Positions 30,408 to 41,309 of a stretch of DNA of 64,000 nucleotides are shown here, one piece after another. The first letter of the stretch is position 1. Every line of letters starts with the position of its first letter. Below the pieces are notes generated by a model. It was not told the DNA's origin, ran no database searches, and was given only the letters and a program-made list of their open reading frames with translations. Source of the DNA: Desulfatiglandales bacterium (GTDB taxonomy: Bacteria > Desulfobacterota > DSM-4660 > Desulfatiglandales > Desulfatiglandaceae); contig OY762721.1 in the NCBI GenBank assembly GCA_963666345.1, forward strand, positions 3,520,001 to 3,584,000, given 5' to 3'. The translations under genes and the position numbers were made by a program.

Positions 30408-32003
30408 ATGTTTGATCCTGTTCGAGATACCATCGGCGAGATGATCCGAAAAAGGGTCGAAGAACATAGTGAAGATCATGCCGTCATCCACACCGAAAGA
30501 GGCGAGCGGTTCACCTACCGGCTTTTGTCTCTGGAAATGGACCGGGCCGCCTCGGGCTTTATCAGTTCCGGCATTGTAAAAGGCGACAGGGTGGCAATCA
30601 TAGGCAAAAATCTGTCCGAATGGGTCATATGCTTTCTGGCGCTTGCGAAGATCGGCGCGGTGGCCGTGCCGATAGATCCCGCGGTGGAAGGAGATGAGCT
30701 TCGCTACTTCCTCGGCAACTCCGGGTGCAGGGGGGTGGTCGCGCTTAAAGAGACAATCGACAGGGAGTTTTTCAGGACCCTGCTGGATCTGAAAAAGGAG
30801 CCCGGCCTTGTTGACACGTTGGTCTCTCTGGAGCAGACGGATCTACAGAGTATGATTCCCTGGGCACAGCTTGTCTCAATGGGGGAAGGTGTGAAAAAGG
30901 AGACGCTTTCAAGGTTCGCCCGTGAGGTAAGGCCTGAAGACCCTGCCGCGATAATGTACACCTCAGGCACTACAGGCAGGCCGAAGGGCGTGGTGATCGA
31001 TCACTCGGGGCTTGTCAACAAGTCCCTTTCTTCTATAAAAAGGCAGGGCCTTGGTCCTGATGACAGGCTGTGCCTGTTTTTCCCTCTGTTTCACATGTTC
31101 GGAAATACCTGCGTCGCGCTTTCCGGCCTGATCGCGGGCGCGACCATTGTCATGCCCTGCAGCCTTTTTGATAAGGGCTTGATACTTTCGGCCGTGGAAA
31201 AGGAGGCGTGCACCGCCATCTACGGCACACCCGGCATGATAATCGATCTCATGGAGCAGCCGGGATTCAGGCGGGAGCACTGGGTAAGCCTTAAAAAAGG
31301 CACCCTGGGAGGTGCTCCCTGCCCGGTGGAGCTTATGAAGAAAATAGTGGCGGATATGGGAATAAGCGATATCACGGTAGGCTACGGAATTACCGAGGCC
31401 TGTTCATGGATCACGATGACCATGCCGCATGATCCTGTGGAGATAAGGTGCTCCACCATAGGAAAGAGCCTGCCATGCTGTGAAGTAAAGATAGCGGATC
31501 CTGTGACAGGCAAGGACCTGCCGGCAGACAGCAGGGGGGAACTGTGCACAAGGGGCTTTCTCATGAAAGGTTACTTCGGGATGCCTTCCGCGACCGAGGC
31601 GGTGATGGATGCCGAAGGATGGTTCCATACGGGCGATCTGGGTGAAATGGATGAAAAGGGCTATGTAAAGATAGCCGGCAGGATAAAGGATGTAATCGAA
31701 AGGGACGGGATCAGGATATATCCGGCCCGGGTGGAGGATGTCATATACCGCCTGGAAGGGATATCCCAGGTGCAGGTGTTCGGTTTCCCCCATCCTGAAA
31801 AGGGGCAGGAGATGGCCGCCTGGATGACCGTGAAGGATGGGTCAAAACTGTGCGCGGATGAAGTAAAATCCCATGTGCGCAGGCACCTTCCGGCAGCCCT
31901 GATTCCGGGCTATTTCAAGATCGTGGAAGAACTCCCCATGACAAGGACCGGAAAGGCCCTTAAATTCAAGATGGCGGAGATGGCGGAAAAGGAATATCTG
32001 TGA
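30408..32003 (+). CDS. AMP-dependent acyl-CoA synthetase
   Basis: YTSGTTGRPKG, YGITE, GWFHTGDLG, T.TGK. Confidence 0.92.
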   Translation: MFDPVRDTIGEMIRKRVEEHSEDHAVIHTERGERFTYRLLSLEMDRAASGFISSGIVKGDRVAIIGKNLSEWVICFLALAKIGAVAVPIDPAVEGDELRYFLGNSGCRGVVALKETIDREFFRTLLDLKKEPGLVDTLVSLEQTDLQSMIPWAQLVSMGEGVKKETLSRFAREVRPEDPAAIMYTSGTTGRPKGVVIDHSGLVNKSLSSIKRQGLGPDDRLCLFFPLFHMFGNTCVALSGLIAGATIVMPCSLFDKGLILSAVEKEACTAIYGTPGMIIDLMEQPGFRREHWVSLKKGTLGGAPCPVELMKKIVADMGISDITVGYGITEACSWITMTMPHDPVEIRCSTIGKSLPCCEVKIADPVTGKDLPADSRGELCTRGFLMKGYFGMPSATEAVMDAEGWFHTGDLGEMDEKGYVKIAGRIKDVIERDGIRIYPARVEDVIYRLEGISQVQVFGFPHPEKGQEMAAWMTVKDGSKLCADEVKSHVRRHLPAALIPGYFKIVEELPMTRTGKALKFKMAEMAEKEYL

Positions 32004-32193
32004 TAGACAGGCACGAATTGAAATTAAGAGTGCCTTAAATTATGAAGCAGCTCTGCTTTGCTTTTTTTTCGATGCGGCGGAATGTTTTAACTTTGATGTA
32101 TTTGAAAAACGAAATCAGGACGGTAAGCCGAAAAGCCCTCCCTTCGGGCCGGGGCATGAGGGCCGTCGGAATTTTGGAATGGTGTTTTAAACC

Positions 32194-34188
32194 ATGAGTC
32201 TTATCAACGTGATCAAGGTGTCTCTCTGCTTTGCAGACAGGGAGATATTCAGGGATATCGGGTTTCAGGTCGAACCGGGTGAAAAAATAGGTCTCATCGG
32301 GCCGAACGGGGCCGGTAAGACTACCCTTTTGAGGCTTCTCAATGAAGAGGTAGTCCCGGACAGCGGTGAGGTGCGGGCGGCAAAAGGGGTGTCCATGGGT
32401 TATCTTTCGCAGGACGTGCAGGAGATATTGTCAGGCCCCCTTCTTGAATCCGTGCTCAATTCCGTGCCGGGCAGGACCGGCCTTGGCAGGAGACTTGAAA
32501 AGACTGAAAAGGAGCTGGCGGCGGCGCAGACCCCCGAAGACCAGTCGTTTCTGGGCGAGCGGCTTGCCGAGCTTCACCAGGACAAAAGCACCCTGGACTT
32601 CCGGTTCCCGCGCCATGAGGCGGAAAAGATCCTCGCGGGTCTCGGGTTTCATGAAAAGGATTTTTCTTCACCCGTTTCCTCGCTCAGCGGAGGCTGGAAG
32701 ACAAGGGCCGCTCTTGCGAGCATCCTGTACCGGGCACCTGATCTGCTCCTTCTTGATGAGCCCACCAACCACCTGGACATCCCCTCTGTTCACTGGCTCG
32801 AGCAGTTCCTGCAGGGGTTCAGGGGTGCGGTGATGCTCGTGTCGCATGACAGGGAATTCCTGAACCGGCAGGTGGGCCGCATCTTCAGCTTTGAGCCGGA
32901 GGGGATGAGAATCTATACAGGCAATTATGACTTTTATCTCAAGACAAGGCAGGAGGAAAAGAGGCTCCTTGAGGCAAAGGCCAGGAAGCAGGATCAGAAG
33001 GTAAAAGACGCGCAGAAGTTTATCGACAGATTCCGCTCCAAGGCGAGCAAGGCCAGACAGGCCCAGAGCAAGATAAAGCTTGTCCGGAAGATGGAGATAA
33101 TAGACACCCACAAAAGGGAGAAGTCGATACATTTCTCATTCCCGGCCGTTAAAAGGAGCGGAAGGGATGTGGTCAGGATCAGCGGGGTGACCAAGAGTTT
33201 CGGTGACAACTGCCTCTACCGGGGGCTTGATATGCGGGTTTCGAGGGGGGAGAGGATCGCCCTGATCGGCCCCAATGGATGCGGAAAGACGACCCTTCTG
33301 CGCATCATCGCAGGTGAGATAAAAAGTGACGAAGGAGAGATCTCTCTCGGGCAGGGCGTGGAAATGGGTTATTTCGCCCAGCACCACTCCGACATGCTCA
33401 ATCCCGGCAACACCGTGCTTGAAGAGGTCTACCAGGTTGTTCCCGGGGAGAGCCTCAGCTTTGTGAGAGGGGTGTGCGGTGCCTTTCTGTTTTCCGGAAA
33501 TGACGTGGATAAGCCGGTGCATGTGCTTTCAGGGGGGGAAAGGGCGCGCGTATCACTTGCCAAACTCCTCTTGAAACCGGGTAATCTGATGGTAATGGAT
33601 GAGCCCACGAACCACCTCGATTTAAGCTCCTCCGAGATCCTCATAAAGGCGCTCGGCGAATATGACGGTACCCTGCTTTTTGTTTCCCATAACCAGTTTT
33701 TCATAAACAGTCTCGCCACAAGGATATGGGACATGACCGGAGGGGATCTTGTGGAGTATCCGGGAAACCTGAGTGAATACTACCGTCACCTTGATGAGCG
33801 GGAGAAGATCGATGATGACCACAATAGCGGCGCTGGACCTGACGTGAATGGTGCCAGCCAGGATTCCGATCTCAAAAAGGGGATGAGTAAAAAGGATCAG
33901 AAACGGGAACGGGCCGAAAGACGGAAATTTATAAGTGAAAGACTCGGACCTGTACAGGCGGAACTGGACAGTATCGAGGAGAGTATCGAGGGGCTTGAGA
34001 CAAGGCAGAAAGAGGTCGAAAAACAGCTTGCGGATCCCGATCTTTTCAGCGATAAAAACAGGAGTGTTCCGCTCATGAAGGAGTACGGCATGATACGCGA
34101 AAAACAGGAGAGCCTCCTTGTCAGGTGGGAGGAATACCAGGAAAAACTGGAGGCGGTCAAAGAGGAACTTGAAATAGGGGAGGGATAG
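32194..34188 (+). CDS. ABC-F family ATPase
   Basis: Two ABC domains (GAGKTT/LSGG/DEPTNHLD), no TM, C-terminal coiled coil. Confidence 0.93.
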   Translation: MSLINVIKVSLCFADREIFRDIGFQVEPGEKIGLIGPNGAGKTTLLRLLNEEVVPDSGEVRAAKGVSMGYLSQDVQEILSGPLLESVLNSVPGRTGLGRRLEKTEKELAAAQTPEDQSFLGERLAELHQDKSTLDFRFPRHEAEKILAGLGFHEKDFSSPVSSLSGGWKTRAALASILYRAPDLLLLDEPTNHLDIPSVHWLEQFLQGFRGAVMLVSHDREFLNRQVGRIFSFEPEGMRIYTGNYDFYLKTRQEEKRLLEAKARKQDQKVKDAQKFIDRFRSKASKARQAQSKIKLVRKMEIIDTHKREKSIHFSFPAVKRSGRDVVRISGVTKSFGDNCLYRGLDMRVSRGERIALIGPNGCGKTTLLRIIAGEIKSDEGEISLGQGVEMGYFAQHHSDMLNPGNTVLEEVYQVVPGESLSFVRGVCGAFLFSGNDVDKPVHVLSGGERARVSLAKLLLKPGNLMVMDEPTNHLDLSSSEILIKALGEYDGTLLFVSHNQFFINSLATRIWDMTGGDLVEYPGNLSEYYRHLDEREKIDDDHNSGAGPDVNGASQDSDLKKGMSKKDQKRERAERRKFISERLGPVQAELDSIEESIEGLETRQKEVEKQLADPDLFSDKNRSVPLMKEYGMIREKQESLLVRWEEYQEKLEAVKEELEIGEG

Positions 34189-34191
34189 CCT

Positions 34192-34524
34192 TTGAAGATA
34201 AAAGAGGAACATATGAGGCTGTTGAACGGTATCGGTTTAAAGGCCGAAGACATGGAGCTTTTTGACGGGAAACTGGTCGGTTACGAATATGACGACAAAA
34301 AAGGCGTGCGGCTGTATGATCCCCTCTATCAGACCTCGTATGATGAATACATAGGAATCGACGGCTGGAGCGCCTGGAGCAGTGAAGATGACTCCTTCAT
34401 GAGCGATCTGATGAGGGCTAGCGAAAAAGGCCTCCGGGATATTGAAAAAAAAGAGGTCCCTGAAGGTGAAATAGAAGGGGCGCTTAAGAAGAAATTCTCT
34501 CCTTCATCTGAAGATCCCGAATAG
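34192..34524 (+). CDS. Hypothetical protein
   Basis: Co-oriented ORF with an RBS; no recognised motif. Confidence 0.6.
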   Translation: MKIKEEHMRLLNGIGLKAEDMELFDGKLVGYEYDDKKGVRLYDPLYQTSYDEYIGIDGWSAWSSEDDSFMSDLMRASEKGLRDIEKKEVPEGEIEGALKKKFSPSSEDPE

Positions 34525-34601
34525 CCGGGGGCCTTGCAGGTCAGCCTTATAAAGGCCTTCCAGTCAATCCATAGCCCGGTGCGGTTTCAAGGATAACCGA
34601 C

Positions 34602-37499
34602 ATGAATCTTTCCTCATTCAGCGACCATATTAAAAGACACCATGAATTCGGCGACGCGTTCGCCTTTTACAAGCATATAGCCCCTAAAAAGGCCCTGTTC
34701 GGCGACAGTATAATTCTTTCTCCTCAGATTTCCTCCGCCATGAAGGAGGCGGGCATAAACGGGCTTTACAGCCATCAGACAGAGGCGATAGGGCATATAA
34801 GAAACCGGGAAAACGTCCTTGTGTCCACCCCGACCGCAAGCGGAAAGAGCCTTATCTACAATACGGTTGTGACGGAAGATATCTGTGAAAAGGGCGATTC
34901 AAAGGCACTCTATATCTTTCCATTAAAGGCGCTTGAACAGGATCAGATGAAAAATCTTGCGACCTGGCTTGCCGCATCGGGCGCGGACCGGATCAGGGCC
35001 GAGATATATGACGGGGATACAAGCGCCTACAAGAGAAAGAAGATAAGGACCAGCCCCCCCGATATACTCTTTACCAATCCTGATATGCTTCACAGGGCCA
35101 TCCTTTCTCATCATCAGGCCTGGGAGGCGTTTTTGAGCCGTCTCAACTTTGTGGTGCTTGACGAGGTGCATACCTACAGGGGTATCTTCGGCTCCCATGT
35201 AAATCAGGTGATAGGCAGACTCAAGAGGCTCTGCCGTCATTACGGCTCGGATCCTCGATTCATATTGCTTTCAGCCACGGTGGCCAATCCGGAGCAGTTC
35301 GGCCGAAGCCTGATAGGTGAGGATGTGAGGGTGGTCGAATCAGACGGAGCCCCAAGGGCGGCCCGGCATTTTTTATTCCTGAACCCGATGAGCAGCGCCA
35401 ATTTTTCAGCTGCGAGGCTCTTTGCGGAATGCCTTAAAAACGGGTTTCGCACCATCGCCTTTACCCAGTCAAGGAAGGTAACCGAGCTGATCCATTTGTG
35501 GGCGTCCCAGCTTCTGCCCCGGCTTAAGGACAAGATCTGCTCATACAGGGCAGGGTTCATGCCGGAGGAAAGAAGGGTAATCGAAAAGAGGCTGGCCTCA
35601 GGGAAGCTTCTGGGGGTGGTTTCCACAAGTGCACTTGAGATGGGAATCGACATAGGTTCTCTCGATGTATGCCTGCTTGTGGGATATCCGGGTACGGTCA
35701 TAAACACCTGGCAGAGGGGGGGCAGGGTAGGCCGCTCAGGCAGGGAATCGATGGTCATACTTGTGGCAAAGCCTGATGCCCTGGATCAATATTTCATGAA
35801 ATATCCGGAGGAATTCTTTGGAAGATCCTACGAGTCGGCGGTCCTGGACCCGAATAACCCCCATGTGGTGGGGGCGCATCTTGTATGCGCGGCGGACGAG
35901 ATGCCCATCACGTTGAGTGACGCCAGATACTGGCCCAGCGGCCTTGAGGCGATGCTTGAAAGGCTTGACCTTGAGGGGAGACTTCAAAGGACGGCGGAAG
36001 GCGAGCCCATGTGGTTTTCCTCAAGAAGAAATCCCCACAGAAATGTGGATCTCAGATCAAGCGGCGATACCTACACCATCTTTAATGCGGCCACCGGAAG
36101 TGCGGTGGGCACCGTGGACGGTATGCGGGCGTTCAAGGAGTGCCACCCGGGCGCGGTCTATCTTCACATGGCCCGTCAGTACTGTGTTGAAAGGCTTATC
36201 CTGGATAAAAGGGATATAATCGTCCGGCCGGTAAAGGAAAGATATTTTACCCGCGCCAGGAGTGAAAAGGATACCGAGATAATAAGGACTGTCAGGAGCA
36301 GACCCTGCGGGCAATTTCTGATCCGCGAGGGTGAGCTGAAAGTGACCGAAAAGGTTACAGGTTATGAAAAAAGGGCCCTGCCGGGACAGGAACTGCTCGG
36401 GGTGTTTGATCTCGACCTGCCGTCCCAGACATTTGACGGGAGGGGTTTCTGGATAGAAATAGAGGATTTCATTAAGGCGTACGTGGAGGCTGCCGGATAT
36501 AATTTCATGGGCGGAATCCATGCCATAGAGCATGCCGCCATAGGGATCTTTCCCTTATTCGCCCTTTGTGACAGAAATGACATAGGAGGAATCTGCTATC
36601 CATATCACCCGCAGGTAGGAAAAAGCGCCATCTTTATCTATGATTCCTATCCGGGCGGGGTGGGGCTTGCTTCAAGAGGGTATGATATAATATCGGAACT
36701 GCTGGCCAGGACCCTGAAACTCATAAGGGAGTGCGAGTGCGAGGATGGGTGTCCGTCATGCATTCATTCTCCGAAATGCGGTTCAGGCAATAAACCGCTC
36801 GACAAAGCTGCGGCCGTCGTCATAATCGATTGTCTTCTTGGTAACATTGCCATGGAGGAGATATGCGAGTGCGAGGTGGAAGAAATGCCTCCCCTGTCCA
36901 CCCCTGTTGCAGAAAAAGGGCGGGAGGTCAAACCAAGGGTCCTTTATCTTGATATCGAGACGCAAAGGAGCGCAAAAGAGGTGGGCGGGTGGAACATGTG
37001 CCATCTCATGGGTGTGTCTGTCGCGGTTTTGTATGACGGGCTGGAAGGGCGCTATCATGCCTTTTACGAGCAGGATATGGATGCGCTGTTCGAATATCTT
37101 GAGAAAGGGGACCTTGTGGTAGGATTCAACATAAAGGCCTTTGACTACAAGGTGCTGGAGGCCTATTCAAACGGGGGGCTCGGTCGTTTGCCGACCTTTG
37201 ATATACTGGAGGATGTCTACGCAAGACTCGGTTATCGGCTGGGGCTCGACCATCTGGCGAGCGAGACACTGGGAAAGGGCAAAAGTGCCGACGGGCTTCA
37301 GGCCCTTGAGTGGTTCAAGAAAGGTGAGATGGAAAAGCTCACCAAATACTGCAGGCAGGATGTCAGGGCCACAAGGGACCTTTTCCTGTACGGCCTTGAA
37401 AAGGGGCATCTTGTTTACAGGAAAAAGGGGGAGGACAAAAAGATGAGACTCCTTGTCGACTGGAGCCTTGAGGAGCTTTTGAAGTCCTCGATTCCTTGA
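34602..37499 (+). CDS. DEAD/DEAH helicase (MrfA/YprA/SftH-like, DUF1998) fused to an RNase H-like exonuclease (MrfB/YprB-like)
   Basis: TPTASGKS, DEVH, QRGGRVGR, CECEDGCPSC; C-terminal LDIET, GFN..FD, YC..DV. Confidence 0.9.
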   Translation: MNLSSFSDHIKRHHEFGDAFAFYKHIAPKKALFGDSIILSPQISSAMKEAGINGLYSHQTEAIGHIRNRENVLVSTPTASGKSLIYNTVVTEDICEKGDSKALYIFPLKALEQDQMKNLATWLAASGADRIRAEIYDGDTSAYKRKKIRTSPPDILFTNPDMLHRAILSHHQAWEAFLSRLNFVVLDEVHTYRGIFGSHVNQVIGRLKRLCRHYGSDPRFILLSATVANPEQFGRSLIGEDVRVVESDGAPRAARHFLFLNPMSSANFSAARLFAECLKNGFRTIAFTQSRKVTELIHLWASQLLPRLKDKICSYRAGFMPEERRVIEKRLASGKLLGVVSTSALEMGIDIGSLDVCLLVGYPGTVINTWQRGGRVGRSGRESMVILVAKPDALDQYFMKYPEEFFGRSYESAVLDPNNPHVVGAHLVCAADEMPITLSDARYWPSGLEAMLERLDLEGRLQRTAEGEPMWFSSRRNPHRNVDLRSSGDTYTIFNAATGSAVGTVDGMRAFKECHPGAVYLHMARQYCVERLILDKRDIIVRPVKERYFTRARSEKDTEIIRTVRSRPCGQFLIREGELKVTEKVTGYEKRALPGQELLGVFDLDLPSQTFDGRGFWIEIEDFIKAYVEAAGYNFMGGIHAIEHAAIGIFPLFALCDRNDIGGICYPYHPQVGKSAIFIYDSYPGGVGLASRGYDIISELLARTLKLIRECECEDGCPSCIHSPKCGSGNKPLDKAAAVVIIDCLLGNIAMEEICECEVEEMPPLSTPVAEKGREVKPRVLYLDIETQRSAKEVGGWNMCHLMGVSVAVLYDGLEGRYHAFYEQDMDALFEYLEKGDLVVGFNIKAFDYKVLEAYSNGGLGRLPTFDILEDVYARLGYRLGLDHLASETLGKGKSADGLQALEWFKKGEMEKLTKYCRQDVRATRDLFLYGLEKGHLVYRKKGEDKKMRLLVDWSLEELLKSSIP

Positions 37500-37573
37500 C
37501 CCCATGGACGCCGTTGCAAAACTTAGTCGGAGAAAAAACAGATTTTATGTCTAAAAGAGAAAAGGGCGGGCTT

Positions 37574-37942
37574 ATGAAGGCCTTTGAATGCAGGAGGTGC
37601 GGGCGGTGTTGCTATGGGGAGGGCGGAATATCTCTGAAAAAAGACGAGATAGGACGGATCTCACGTTTTCTGGAAATATCCGAGGAAGATTTTCTTGAGC
37701 GCTTTTGTGAGAAAAGAAACGGGAAAGACTATATCAGGACCGGGGATGACAGATACTGCATCTTCTATGACAGGGAAAAACTCTGTCTTATACACACGGT
37801 AAAGCCTGAGTCATGTTCTCTGTGGCCCTTTTATCCGGGCAATCTGAAAGACGAGGAGAGCTGGAGACTCACTCGGAACGCCTGCCCCGGTATTAATAAA
37901 GAGTGCTCATTTGAGGATTTCAAGAAGGAGGCAGGAAAATGA
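37574..37942 (+). CDS. YkgJ family cysteine-cluster protein
   Basis: FECRRCGRCC, C.FY, C.IH..KP..C..WPF, CPG. Confidence 0.88.
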   Translation: MKAFECRRCGRCCYGEGGISLKKDEIGRISRFLEISEEDFLERFCEKRNGKDYIRTGDDRYCIFYDREKLCLIHTVKPESCSLWPFYPGNLKDEESWRLTRNACPGINKECSFEDFKKEAGK

Positions 37943-38670
37943 ACCTTTTGGCGGGGTTCATGGATCTTATCTATCCCCCTCGCTGCCCCATATGCCTTTC
38001 ATTCCTTTCAAAGGACGGGACACATGGCAAAGAACCTTTCTGCGAACAATGTCTGAAGGGTTTTGATCGGATACATCCCCCCCTGTGCCCGGTGTGCGGT
38101 ACTCCGCACGGCTCCGACAGGCAGACCGATCATCTGTGCGGGGAATGTCACATAAAAAGGCCCTTTTATGAAATCTGCCGCGCCCCTTATCTCTACAGGG
38201 GGGCCGCGATGACGGCCGTGCATGTCTTCAAGTACGGACAGAAGCTTATCCTGGGAGATCAGCTGGGCGTGCTGCTTGCCGATTTCGCGCAGGAGTGGAT
38301 AGGGGGCATTGAGAACCTTCTGGTCATGCCTGTCCCGCTCCATCCGGCAAGGCTTAGACAGAGGGGATTCAACCAGAGCCTTGTTCTGGCAAGGCATGTA
38401 GCCGGGCGGCTGGGGGCGGAACTGGATTTTCTCTCTCTCAGAAGGATCAAAAAGACGCTTCCTCAGACCGGACTGGGTAAAAAGGAGAGAAAAAGAAACG
38501 TCAATGGTGCCTTCGCACTTGAGAACATTTCAAGGGTCAGGGGAAGGAGCGTGCTGCTTATCGATGATGTTTCAACAACCGGAAACACCCTGAGCCAGTG
38601 CGCGCTGGCCCTAAAAAAGGGAAAGGCGAAAGAGGTCTTCTGCTTGGTGTTTGCAAGGGCTGTGAATTAG
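37939..38670 (+). CDS. comF: ComF family protein
   Basis: Double zinc ribbon, PVPLH, RGFNQ, LLIDDVSTTGNT. Confidence 0.9.
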   Translation: MNLLAGFMDLIYPPRCPICLSFLSKDGTHGKEPFCEQCLKGFDRIHPPLCPVCGTPHGSDRQTDHLCGECHIKRPFYEICRAPYLYRGAAMTAVHVFKYGQKLILGDQLGVLLADFAQEWIGGIENLLVMPVPLHPARLRQRGFNQSLVLARHVAGRLGAELDFLSLRRIKKTLPQTGLGKKERKRNVNGAFALENISRVRGRSVLLIDDVSTTGNTLSQCALALKKGKAKEVFCLVFARAVN

Positions 38671-38754
38671 GTTGTGTTCATCCATAAATCAAGATTTATG
38701 GACTCATGCTGTCAGCAATCAGCTCTCAGCTGTCAGTAAAAATAAGGAGAAGTT

Positions 38755-39243
38755 ATGGAGAAATACAGGCTCAAGATAATGGAACTTGATGCGCTCAAGG
38801 CTGAGCGTGATCTCTTAAGGGATTCGGGCAAAAGGGTCGTATTTACAAACGGCTGCTTTGATATCCTGCACCCGGGCCACAGCAGGTACCTGAGCGCCGC
38901 AAGGGGGCTTGGGGATCATCTCATAGTTGCGGTAAACAGCGACCGTTCGGTAAAAAGGATAAAGGGCCCCAAAAGGCCCGTGTTTTCCGAGGACGCAAGG
39001 GCGGAGATGTTGGCGGCTCTGAGCTTTGTTGACAGGGTCACCATATTCGATGAGGAAACGCCCCTTGAACTCATTACCCTTCTTCTGCCCGACATCCTTG
39101 TCAAAGGCGGAGACTGGGGAGAGGATGAGATAGTAGGAGCCGATGTGGTAAAGGCTGCGGGAGGTGAGGTAAGACGAATACCCTTTGTGGATGGTTATTC
39201 AACCACGGGGATAATCGAAAGGATCATCTCAGAAGAGGATTAA
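38755..39243 (+). CDS. rfaE2: D-glycero-beta-D-manno-heptose 1-phosphate adenylyltransferase
   Basis: [33 protein letters not shown]. Confidence 0.92.
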   Translation: MEKYRLKIMELDALKAERDLLRDSGKRVVFTNGCFDILHPGHSRYLSAARGLGDHLIVAVNSDRSVKRIKGPKRPVFSEDARAEMLAALSFVDRVTIFDEETPLELITLLLPDILVKGGDWGEDEIVGADVVKAAGGEVRRIPFVDGYSTTGIIERIISEED

Positions 39244-39379
39244 AGGCCCGGCCTGTCTGGATGCGGGGATTGGAGTGGGATGCCATGGGGAAAAATGGTA
39301 TGGCAGCGGGAAGATATTTTATGTCATGATCTATTGCCAAAGATATTTTTCTGTGATATTGAATATTGTTTAATTTCAT

Positions 39380-39456
<77 letters not shown>

Positions 39457-39464
39457 GTAATATC

Positions 39465-39499
39465 AATGACTTATCACTTTTGCGACAAGTCATTTTTTT
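39465..39499 (+). terminator. Terminator-like hairpin after the tRNA
   Basis: AATGACTT...AAGTCATT stem followed by a T-tract. Confidence 0.6.
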
Positions 39500-39560
39500 A
39501 TTTTTGATGTGGTTTTGCCATAATTTTGCCAAAATTCAACCTAACTAATTTTACCCATCG

Positions 39561-40868
39561 TTAATCTTGGCCCTCTGAAAGAGCCTTATTAAATGCATGA
39601 CCGTGGTTATTTTGGCTATTAGATCCGTTGTACTTGGCATAGACCTTGATAATCATTTCAGTGTTTCGATGTCCCATGACATCTGCTAGCCACAATGGAT
39701 CTTCCCCTTGACTTAAACACAAAGTTGCAAAACTATGTCTTGTCTGTCTCATTTCCCTAGGTTTGATCCCAGCTTTTTCCAAGGCCGGCTTCCAGACCCG
39801 TTCCCGAAGATTGTTGCTATCAATCCGTTTCCCGGTAGTGGCGCAGAAAAAGTATTCGCCTTTGAATTTACTGTATATCTTATGCTGTTCGTCAATTGCC
39901 TGACGCATTACAGGGATCATTTTAATAGTTCGCCTGCTACGGCGATTTTTTGTCCTTCCTTCTACCTTTTGCCCATTCTCATCAAGGGTCATTGCGCTTT
40001 TTATCCGGAAAGAATTTTCTGACCAGTTAATGTCTTCAGGCTTGAGAGCGATCTGTTCTCCCTGCCTTACTCCGGTAGAAAAGGCAAATTTAAAAAAAGG
40101 TCTCCAGTGGGAAGGACAGCTAGAAATTATTTTTCGTTGCTCTTCAATTGAGAAGGGGAATATCTTTTCACTAGGATCGTCCTCCTCCAGACTTTTAAAT
40201 TTGTCGAATGGATTGTAGTTATCTCCCCATCCATACTTAATAGATGCACTGTTGCAAACAGACCTCAGAGGTATGAAGATTTTATTGATGGTGGCATTTG
40301 CGATTTCCTTTTTGCGGAGACACAGTTTGCGCACCCAGACGATAAATTCATCAAAAAGGACAGGATTGAGTTCCGCAAAGGTCATATCACCGAAGAAAGG
40401 TTTGAGGTAAAGATCGATATGACTCTTATATCCTAGAAGTGTCCTTCCTGTAACCTTGCCGGAACCTTTTCGCAATCCATACCATATATCAAAATAGTCT
40501 TTTAAAAATACCTCCTCTGGACACTTCTTGTCTCCCGATAGAGCCCTTTCCTTCTCGGTAAAATAATTTGCCTTTTTGCTATGATGGAAGACATCAGCAA
40601 ACCTAAAGGTACCTGAGTCGATTTCCACAGTGATTTTATCGAGCTGACTCCTGACAACCCTGGCATTTTTAGCATTCCAGGGAAGGCCTGCTGGTTCTCG
40701 AACCCTTTCTCCCAAATAGATAAAATCTACATAGACCTTATTGTTGACTTTTCTCACAGAGCCTTGCTTATTTTGATTCAGGCCTGATTTCCTGCCAGGT
40801 CTTTCTGGTTTAAGGGTTTTAGGTAAGGATAAAATTTCTTTTGCCTGTGTATCCTTATTATTTTGCAT
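39561..40868 (-). CDS. Tyrosine recombinase/integrase with Arm DNA-binding (DUF3596-like) domain
   Basis: TGVRQGE, K, QTRHSFAT, MGH, catalytic VY; N-terminal YVDFIYLGERVRE. Confidence 0.93.
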   Translation of the reverse strand: MQNNKDTQAKEILSLPKTLKPERPGRKSGLNQNKQGSVRKVNNKVYVDFIYLGERVREPAGLPWNAKNARVVRSQLDKITVEIDSGTFRFADVFHHSKKANYFTEKERALSGDKKCPEEVFLKDYFDIWYGLRKGSGKVTGRTLLGYKSHIDLYLKPFFGDMTFAELNPVLFDEFIVWVRKLCLRKKEIANATINKIFIPLRSVCNSASIKYGWGDNYNPFDKFKSLEEDDPSEKIFPFSIEEQRKIISSCPSHWRPFFKFAFSTGVRQGEQIALKPEDINWSENSFRIKSAMTLDENGQKVEGRTKNRRSRRTIKMIPVMRQAIDEQHKIYSKFKGEYFFCATTGKRIDSNNLRERVWKPALEKAGIKPREMRQTRHSFATLCLSQGEDPLWLADVMGHRNTEMIIKVYAKYNGSNSQNNHGHAFNKALSEGQD

Positions 40869-40964
40869 CTCAAGCTCCCTTCATATACCCCACCTCCTTC
40901 CTTTGATTTTCGCCATCATTATTCTACTAGATAGTGAACCATAATAAAAGGCGGCGGGTCAAAT

Positions 40965-41206
40965 TTATATGTTTATCAGATTGTCAGATCCCTTCCTTGA
41001 ATTAGCATTCAAAATGGTTTCATCTCTGGAAGGGATGTCGTCAAGAATGCTAGTTTCAACTTTTTCGCCAAGCATCCACCTTTTAATTGCCTCCATGTTA
41101 AACAGTAAGAGCTTTCTCGTGGGCTTGCAGTAGTGATAATTTTTAATAAAAATGCCTCGATATATCATATTGTAAATACTTCTTTTTTTTAATTTTGTTA
41201 ATTCGC
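40965..41206 (-). pseudogene. Excisionase/AlpA-like HTH, 5' end replaced by IS21
   Basis: ELTKLKKRSIYNMIY...KLLLF....I..W upstream of the integrase; the first 17 aa of the ORF come from the IS end. Confidence 0.75.
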
Positions 41207-41309
41207 TGTCAATAGGCGTTGAAAATTGACCCATCATCGGCGTCCAAAATTGACCCACCCCTGAGAAAAAAATATGGTTAAATAGTTGAGTAGTTGATCC
41301 CTTCTTTAT

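Noticed and set aside
689..38450. Many overlapping antisense or alternate-frame ORFs (e.g. 3416-4108, 7906-8631, 21355-22098, 28797-29618)
   Set aside because: Shadows of well-supported genes in GC-rich DNA, with no motifs
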